The translations under genes were made by a program, and so were the position numbers. The notes under the pieces are model-generated. The model searched no databases and was not told the origin of the DNA. It saw nothing but the letters and a program-made list of their open reading frames with translations. Positions 58,745-64,000 of a stretch of 64,000 nucleotides of DNA are shown in pieces. Source of the stretch: Myxococcota bacterium (lineage in GTDB: Bacteria > Myxococcota_A > UBA9160 > JAFDDA01); the NCBI GenBank assembly GCA_965228475.1, contig OZ245817.1, forward strand, positions 288,001 to 352,000, given 5' to 3'. Within the stretch, counting starts at the first letter, position 1, and the number at the start of each line of letters is the position of its first letter.

Positions 58745-59623
58745 CTAGCCCAGCTGCCGGAGTGCCTCGATCCGCTCGTCGAGCGGAGGATGGGTCGAGA
58801 AGAGCCGCGCGATCCCGCGGCCGCCGGAGATGCCCATGGAGGCCATGCCCTCGGGAAGGGGCTCGGGGTCGTCGCCTCGCTTCAGGCGCTCGAGGGCGGC
58901 GATCATCGGCTGGCGCCCGGTCAGGCGAGCGGCGCCGGCGTCGGCGCGGAACTCCCGCTGGCGGGAGAACCAGAAGACGATCGGGCTCGCGAGGATCCCG
59001 AACGCCACCTGGGCGACGAGCGACGTGATCAGGTAGGCGGGGCCGTGGCCCTCCTCCGTGCGGAAGACGATCCGGTCGACCGCGAAGCCGACGACGCGAG
59101 CCAGCGCGATCACGAACGTGTTCACGACGCCCTGGACCAGGGTCAGGGTGACCATGTCGCCGTTCGCCACGTGGCTGACCTCGTGGGCCAGCACGGCTTC
59201 GACCTCTTCGCGGGGCATCGAGTGGAGCAGGCCTTCGCTGACGGCGACGAGGGACTTGTCGCGGCGTGCTCCGGTGGCGAAGGCGTTCGGTTCGGCGGCG
59301 GGGAAGATCGCGACCTCGGGCATCCCGATCCCGGCGGCCGATGCCTGGTTCCGGACGGTCTCGACCAGCCACGCCTCGGTCGCGTTCGAGGGGTTCTCGA
59401 GGACGCGCGCGCCGGTGAGCCGCTTCGCGCTCCACTTGGAGATGGCCAGGGAGATGAAGCTGCCGCCCATGCCGATGACGGCGGACAGCACGAGCAGCGC
59501 GCCGACGTCGATGCCCACGCCCTGCTCGTCGAGGATCGAGTTGACGCCCAGGAGATGGAGGACGACCCCCAGGACCAGCAGGATGGCGATGTTGGTGACG
59601 ATGAACAGTGCGATCCGTTTCAT
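58745..59623 (-). CDS. htpX: Zinc metalloprotease HtpX
   Basis: MKRIALF, PNAFATG, AHEVSHVANGDMVT, FSRQREFRAD, THPPL. Confidence 0.96.
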   Translation of the reverse strand: MKRIALFIVTNIAILLVLGVVLHLLGVNSILDEQGVGIDVGALLVLSAVIGMGGSFISLAISKWSAKRLTGARVLENPSNATEAWLVETVRNQASAAGIGMPEVAIFPAAEPNAFATGARRDKSLVAVSEGLLHSMPREEVEAVLAHEVSHVANGDMVTLTLVQGVVNTFVIALARVVGFAVDRIVFRTEEGHGPAYLITSLVAQVAFGILASPIVFWFSRQREFRADAGAARLTGRQPMIAALERLKRGDDPEPLPEGMASMGISGGRGIARLFSTHPPLDERIEALRQLG

Positions 59624-59633
59624 GGTGGAACTC

Positions 59634-59963
59634 CTACCGGAAGCCTCTTCCCCGCTTCGGGGCACGCATCGAGCGCGTGAAGCGTTCCCGATCGAGGCGG
59701 TGCTCCAGGCGCCAGATGGCTGCCGCGGCGGCAGACGGAGTGTCCTCCGCATGGTCCTCGATCGCCAGTCGGTCTCCCTGGCGGAGGCGCACGCGAATGC
59801 TGCACCTCCGAGTGGAGCCCCTGGCTTCGCTCGGCGAGACGGTCACGTCGGCGCGGTCGATGTCGGCCGAGTGCCGCCCGAGGGCCAGCCGGACCTTTCG
59901 CTCGATGGCCTCGCGCGCCTCCTCCGTCATCTCGATGTGGCGCCCACGAATTCGAAGCTGCAC
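59634..59963 (-). CDS. HPF/RaiA-like ribosome-associated protein
   Basis: QLRIRGRHIEMTE...RLALGR...C.I; typical nhaR-adjacent type; RBS aagggag. Confidence 0.75.
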   Translation of the reverse strand: MQLRIRGRHIEMTEEAREAIERKVRLALGRHSADIDRADVTVSPSEARGSTRRCSIRVRLRQGDRLAIEDHAEDTPSAAAAAIWRLEHRLDRERFTRSMRAPKRGRGFR

Positions 59964-60038
59964 GAGCGCTCCCTTTCTACGCACTGCAAATTATGACCAC
60001 GGCAATCCATCCACAAATAGGAAATGTATGCTTTCATC

Positions 60039-60053
60039 TTCGTGATTTTCGAA
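60039..60053. promoter_or_regulatory. Putative NhaR (LysR) binding site
   Basis: ttcg-tgatttt-cgaa, a T-N11-A dyad in the AT-rich divergent region. Confidence 0.65.
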
Positions 60054-60060
60054 GAGGGAG

Positions 60061-60966
60061 ATGGCCGTGGAATGGCTCAACTACCACCACCTGCTCTACT
60101 TCTACACGGTGGCCCGGGAGGGCAGCGTGACGAAGGCCTCCGAGGTGCTGCTGCTCGCGCAGCCGACGCTCTCGGGGCAGATCCGGAAACTCGAGGAGGC
60201 CCTCGACGAGAAGCTCTTCGTCCGGGAGGGGCGGAACCTCGCGCTGACCGACGTCGGGAAGATGGTCTACCGCTATGCCGAGGAGATCTTCACGCTCGGG
60301 CGGGAAATGCAGGACGCCCTGCGCGGCCGCCCCACGAACCGCCCGGCCAAGTTCCTCGTCGGGATCTCCGATGCCGTTCCCAAACTGATCTGTCATCGGC
60401 TGCTGAAGCGGGTCCTCGAGCTCGAGGACCCGGTCGAGCTCGTGCTGCACGAAGGCAAGACGAACGACCTGCTCGCCGCCCTCGCCGTCCAGGACTACGA
60501 CATGGTCCTGACCGACGCGCCCCTCGGCCCGCCGGTCCGGGTGAAGGCGTTCAATCACTCGCTCGGGGGCTGCGGCGTCGGCTTCTTCGGAGAGCCGAGC
60601 CTCGCCCGCCGCTTCCGCAAGGGATTTCCGAAGAGCCTCGACGGCGCACCGATGATCCTGCCGACCTCGAACACCGCCATGCGGCACTCCCTCGATCTGT
60701 GGTTCGATTCGGTCGGCGTGCGTCCGATCCCGATCGCCGAGATCGAAGACTCGGCGCTTCTCAAGGTGTTCGGTCAGCACGGGACCGGCATCTTCGCGGC
60801 ACCGATCGTCGTCGGCGACGAGATCCGGAAGCTGCACGGCGTCCACCTCGTCGGACAGACCGAAGAGGTTCGCGAAGAGTTCTTCGCCATCACCGTCGAG
60901 CGGCGCATCACCCACCCCGCCGTCGCCGCGATCGCGAAGGCCGCCCGCGACGGGATGCTCTCCTGA
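60061..60966 (+). CDS. nhaR: LysR-type transcriptional activator NhaR
   Basis: LNYHHLLYF, AQPTLSGQ, GISDAVPK, EDSALLKVFG, ERRITHPAV. Confidence 0.93.
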   Translation: MAVEWLNYHHLLYFYTVAREGSVTKASEVLLLAQPTLSGQIRKLEEALDEKLFVREGRNLALTDVGKMVYRYAEEIFTLGREMQDALRGRPTNRPAKFLVGISDAVPKLICHRLLKRVLELEDPVELVLHEGKTNDLLAALAVQDYDMVLTDAPLGPPVRVKAFNHSLGGCGVGFFGEPSLARRFRKGFPKSLDGAPMILPTSNTAMRHSLDLWFDSVGVRPIPIAEIEDSALLKVFGQHGTGIFAAPIVVGDEIRKLHGVHLVGQTEEVREEFFAITVERRITHPAVAAIAKAARDGMLS

Positions 60967-60999
60967 ACCGAACTGCCGCGCGGCGACGGGTCGGCCGTC

Positions 61000-61944
61000 T
61001 CATCCGGCCGAGCCGCGCGGCTCGACGGGGCAGACGAACCCCGGCGGCTTCACGACGAGCACGGAACAGCGCACGGAGCGGATGATCGTTTCCGCGGTCT
61101 CGCCGATCAGCAGTCCGGCAATGCCGACGCGCCCGAGACTGCCCATCACGAGGAGGTCGAAGGCCTCTCGTTCGACGAGAGCCGGGAGGACATCGCGGGC
61201 CTCCCCGTTCACGACGTGGACGTTCTCGGCCGCGACCGGGTCGCCGACGCTCGAGAGCAGCCGTTCGAGTGCGCCCCGAGTCTCGTCGCGGACCGAGCCG
61301 ACGTAGGCGTCGAGCTCTTCGAGGGGCATGCGGCTGCGCAGGAGGAGCTCGCCGTCCGCCCGCCAGGCGGTCGCGGTATGGAGCTCGCCCCTTTCGCCCG
61401 CCATGGAAGAAGCCAGGTTCACGACCCGCTTCGCGACCGCCGTGCGGACCTCGTCCTCGGAAGGATCGATCGCGGCGAGCACGCGCGGGGACCGGGTTGC
61501 GTCGACGCTCCCGACGATCCACACGGGGCACGGGCACTTGCGGATGAGATGCAGCGCGGTCGAGCCGAAGAAGAGTCCGCTCCCGCGCGCAGCCCCCTCC
61601 GCGGTCTTCACGACCAGGTCGTGGCCATCCTCGAGAACGGCGCTCACGAGTTCGTGCCATGGGCGCCCCCATCGGACGTCGACCCGGATCTCGAGCCCGG
61701 CTTCGCGCAGCGGCTCGGCCTGGCGTTCCAGGATGTTGCGATGATTCGTTTCGAGGAGCTCTCGCATCTCCGCCACTTCGCTTCCGGGCATCGCGCGACG
61801 CGTGAACCAGCCCTCGCCTTCGAGGATGCGGACCAGCGTGATCCGGGCCCCGTTCTCGCGCGCCAGGGACGCCGCCTGCTCGAGAGCGAGAAAGGCTTCG
61901 TCCTCGAGGGAGGCGTAGACGAGGATGTTCTCGAAGGGGTGCAT
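61000..61944 (-). CDS. Tandem universal stress protein (UspE-like)
   Basis: Two USP domains: DLVVK..FGST..LIRKCPCPV and MGSLGRVGIAGLLIGETAE. Confidence 0.92.
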   Translation of the reverse strand: MHPFENILVYASLEDEAFLALEQAASLARENGARITLVRILEGEGWFTRRAMPGSEVAEMRELLETNHRNILERQAEPLREAGLEIRVDVRWGRPWHELVSAVLEDGHDLVVKTAEGAARGSGLFFGSTALHLIRKCPCPVWIVGSVDATRSPRVLAAIDPSEDEVRTAVAKRVVNLASSMAGERGELHTATAWRADGELLLRSRMPLEELDAYVGSVRDETRGALERLLSSVGDPVAAENVHVVNGEARDVLPALVEREAFDLLVMGSLGRVGIAGLLIGETAETIIRSVRCSVLVVKPPGFVCPVEPRGSAG

Positions 61945-61974
61945 GGCGGATCTCCTCGCTCGGGCGGATCGTCC

Positions 61975-62550
61975 CTAGTTCGGGCCCGTGGGGTCGAGGC
62001 CGAGGGCTTCGTGGATGCGGGCGATCGCGGTCCGCTCCGGCCCGGAGACCGAACCGAAGCCGAGCAGGCCCCCTGCAGCCATGGCGACTTCGTGGCTGCC
62101 CTCGACGACGCGCCGGACGCTCGAAGGGGGCGTCGAGCGAGTCAGGCCCGCCTGGGCGAACCGATACCAGGCGTCGAGAAGCTCGCGGGGCGGCGGCCGC
62201 GACAGCCACAGTTCGAGCTGCGCGTGGGCCGGCCGCCCGAGTTCGAGCCCGAAGGCCGTGGCGACCCGGAGCACGCGCCAGCGCTCCTCGGTGTGGACCT
62301 CTCCGTCGGCCCACGCCACCTCGACGAGCGGCAGCGCTTCGAAGGCGGGGGCGGTGTCCGGGGTGATGCCGAGGTCGATCAGCTCGTCGAGGATCGGGTC
62401 CTCGGACCGCATCTCGAGCTCGGCGGCGAGCTCGGTCCGGAGCTTCTGGCGCCCGCTCGGACCGGCTCGGCGCGAGGCGGCGCGGCCCGCCTGGCGAAGG
62501 TAGGCCTCCTCGCGGGCGGCGGTGCGATCCCGAAGCGAGTCCGAGCTCAT
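61975..62550 (-). CDS. Hypothetical protein, TerB-like
   Basis: LPLVEVAWADG...EER, VAMAAGGLLGFG.VS..E. Confidence 0.7.
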   Translation of the reverse strand: MSSDSLRDRTAAREEAYLRQAGRAASRRAGPSGRQKLRTELAAELEMRSEDPILDELIDLGITPDTAPAFEALPLVEVAWADGEVHTEERWRVLRVATAFGLELGRPAHAQLELWLSRPPPRELLDAWYRFAQAGLTRSTPPSSVRRVVEGSHEVAMAAGGLLGFGSVSGPERTAIARIHEALGLDPTGPN

Positions 62551-62596
62551 GGCGTCTTCCTCCGTTCTTGGAGGAAGGCTAGAACGCGAGTCTCGA

Positions 62597-62644
62597 TTCG
62601 AAAAATAGAAAATTGAGACCCATCGCATCGATTTTAACGATGCG
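62597..62644. promoter_or_regulatory. Putative NhaR binding sites
   Basis: Perfect dyad cgcatcg-attttaa-cgatgcg (62624-62644) plus weaker ttcgaaaaatagaa (62597-62610). Confidence 0.65.
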
Positions 62645-62655
62645 TGAAAGGACGC

Positions 62656-63321
62656 TCAGGTCCAAAGGTTCAGGGGAGGCGTCCGCGTCATCGCCCGAAG
62701 GAGGTCGCCTCGAGAGACGATGCCCACGAGCTTGTCCTCGGCGGTGACGATCGGCATGGCCGTCATCTCGCGATCCACCATGACCCGGGCGATGCGCCGG
62801 ACGTCGGTCACCGGCTCGGCCGTGACGACTTCGCGGTGCATCACCTGGGAGACGAGCCTGGCCTGCCCGTACTGGATCCGGTCCCGTTCGATGATGAGCT
62901 GCTCCAGCAGCTCCCGTTCCGAGAGCATGCCGAGGAGTTCGACCTCCGGGGTCTGCACGGGAACCTGCCGGATGCCGTGCTCGCGCAGCAGCAGCCAGGC
63001 GTCCCGAACGTCCGCATTCGCCGAGACGCTGACGACGGGATGACGCATCACCTGGTGCGCGTGGACGATGCGCTCCCGGGATCCGAGCTTCGTCGCGTTG
63101 CGGTAGGCGGCGATCGCAGCCTGGGAGAGCGTCTGGCTCGCGCCGCCTTCACCCGGCTCGGCGGTGGCACCGGAGGCGTCCCGTCCGCTCGCGCCCTCGT
63201 CTCCGTCCGCGTCCGGTGCGTCGCGCCCGGGCGCCGTCAGGGCCTCGACCCGCCGGGTCTCGTAGAGCCGCTCGAGCGTCCCCGAGAAGCTTCGCACGCC
63301 TTCTTCGTAGATGGTGAACAC
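62656..63321 (-). CDS. CBS-domain protein
   Basis: Two CBS repeats (VMRHPVV...GMLSERE; VMHREVV...GIVSRGD). Confidence 0.88.
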   Translation of the reverse strand: MFTIYEEGVRSFSGTLERLYETRRVEALTAPGRDAPDADGDEGASGRDASGATAEPGEGGASQTLSQAAIAAYRNATKLGSRERIVHAHQVMRHPVVSVSANADVRDAWLLLREHGIRQVPVQTPEVELLGMLSERELLEQLIIERDRIQYGQARLVSQVMHREVVTAEPVTDVRRIARVMVDREMTAMPIVTAEDKLVGIVSRGDLLRAMTRTPPLNLWT

Positions 63322-63333
63322 GGTTGCCTCCGC

Positions 63334-63672
63334 CTAGGGCTCCTCGGTCGTCGAAACACCCTGAAGATCGTCCCGCACCGTGCCCGACCAGCGCGGCACC
63401 CCGGCCTTGTACGCAGCGTGGCCGAGCCGGTGGGCCGCGACGGGTGCGGTAAGCAGGAAGAAGAGGACGATCAGCAGGGCCCGCATCGAGATGCCGAGCT
63501 CTCCGGAGTGGATGGCCAGCGCCGCCACCGTCAGGCTCACCCCGAGCGTCGCCGGCTTCGTGCTCGCGTGCATCCGGGTGTAGAGGTCCGGGAGGCGAAC
63601 CAGTCCGATCGCCGCGACGAGCACGAGCACGGCGCCGAGCAGCACGAGGGCGGAGACGATCAGTTCGTTCAT
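63334..63672 (-). CDS. mnhG: Mrp/Mnh Na+/H+ antiporter subunit G
   Basis: GLVRLPDLYTRMHASTK..TLG; FFLLTAPVAAH. Confidence 0.93.
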   Translation of the reverse strand: MNELIVSALVLLGAVLVLVAAIGLVRLPDLYTRMHASTKPATLGVSLTVAALAIHSGELGISMRALLIVLFFLLTAPVAAHRLGHAAYKAGVPRWSGTVRDDLQGVSTTEEP

Positions 63673-63971
63673 TCCGGGTCCCCCGGGCCTTCGGACCCTT
63701 CCGATCCTCCGGATTCGATCAGGTGCGCCAGGGCCACGGTGCCGAGGAACGTGACCAGCGCGATCGCCAGCGCCACGTCGACGAAGACCGCGAGCCCGGT
63801 CCGCAGCGCGTAGAGCACGGCCGCGACCACGATCGTCGCGGCGATCACGTCGAGGGCGAGGACGCGGTCCGCGAGGCTCGGCCCGCGCGCGAGCCGCGCG
63901 AAGGCCGTGCAGATCGCCAGGGTCAACAGGACCAGCGCGATTCCGACCGCGACGTCGAGGGTGCCGGTCAT
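63669..63971 (-). CDS. mnhF: Mrp/Mnh Na+/H+ antiporter subunit F
   Basis: RLARGPSLADRVLALD; FLGTVALA. Confidence 0.93.
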   Translation of the reverse strand: MTGTLDVAVGIALVLLTLAICTAFARLARGPSLADRVLALDVIAATIVVAAVLYALRTGLAVFVDVALAIALVTFLGTVALAHLIESGGSEGSEGPGDPE

Positions 63972-64000
63972 CGGAGAAGCTCCAGGACCCTGCGTTCGAA
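63968..64000 (-). CDS. mnhE: Mrp/Mnh subunit E, C-terminal end (truncated by window end)
   Basis: Reads FERRVLELLR-stop, ATGA-overlapping the mnhF start. Confidence 0.65.
   Translation of the reverse strand, partial: FERRVLELLR

Overview
A gene-dense, very GC-rich (about 70% by eye, not computed) bacterial window. Seven PEP-CTERM surface proteins and the enzyme content suggest a Myxococcota-like or other deltaproteobacterial-grade organism (inference). Ordinary content: RND efflux pump with TetR, xylose-type ABC transporter, PPK2, monomeric isocitrate dehydrogenase, oxygenases, thioesterases and hydrolases, carbonic anhydrase, an MSHA-type pilin cluster (mshA/C/D/O/P/Q), yghU, htpX, nhaR, a universal stress protein and the end of an Mrp/Mnh antiporter operon. 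The standout is at 27990-30774. A full-length leucyl-tRNA synthetase paralog with a remodelled amino-acid pocket and editing site ends 11 bp from a convergent 234-nt tRNA-Leu(GAG)-like gene on the minus strand. That gene has intact acceptor, D, anticodon and T arms, A73-CCA and its own near-consensus sigma70 promoter. However, its variable region is 161 nt and can fold into several stems, and its anticodon loop has C33 instead of U33. This may be an undescribed 'giant tRNA plus dedicated synthetase' pair. All calls come from reading the sequence and the ORF track; no searches or folding programs were run.
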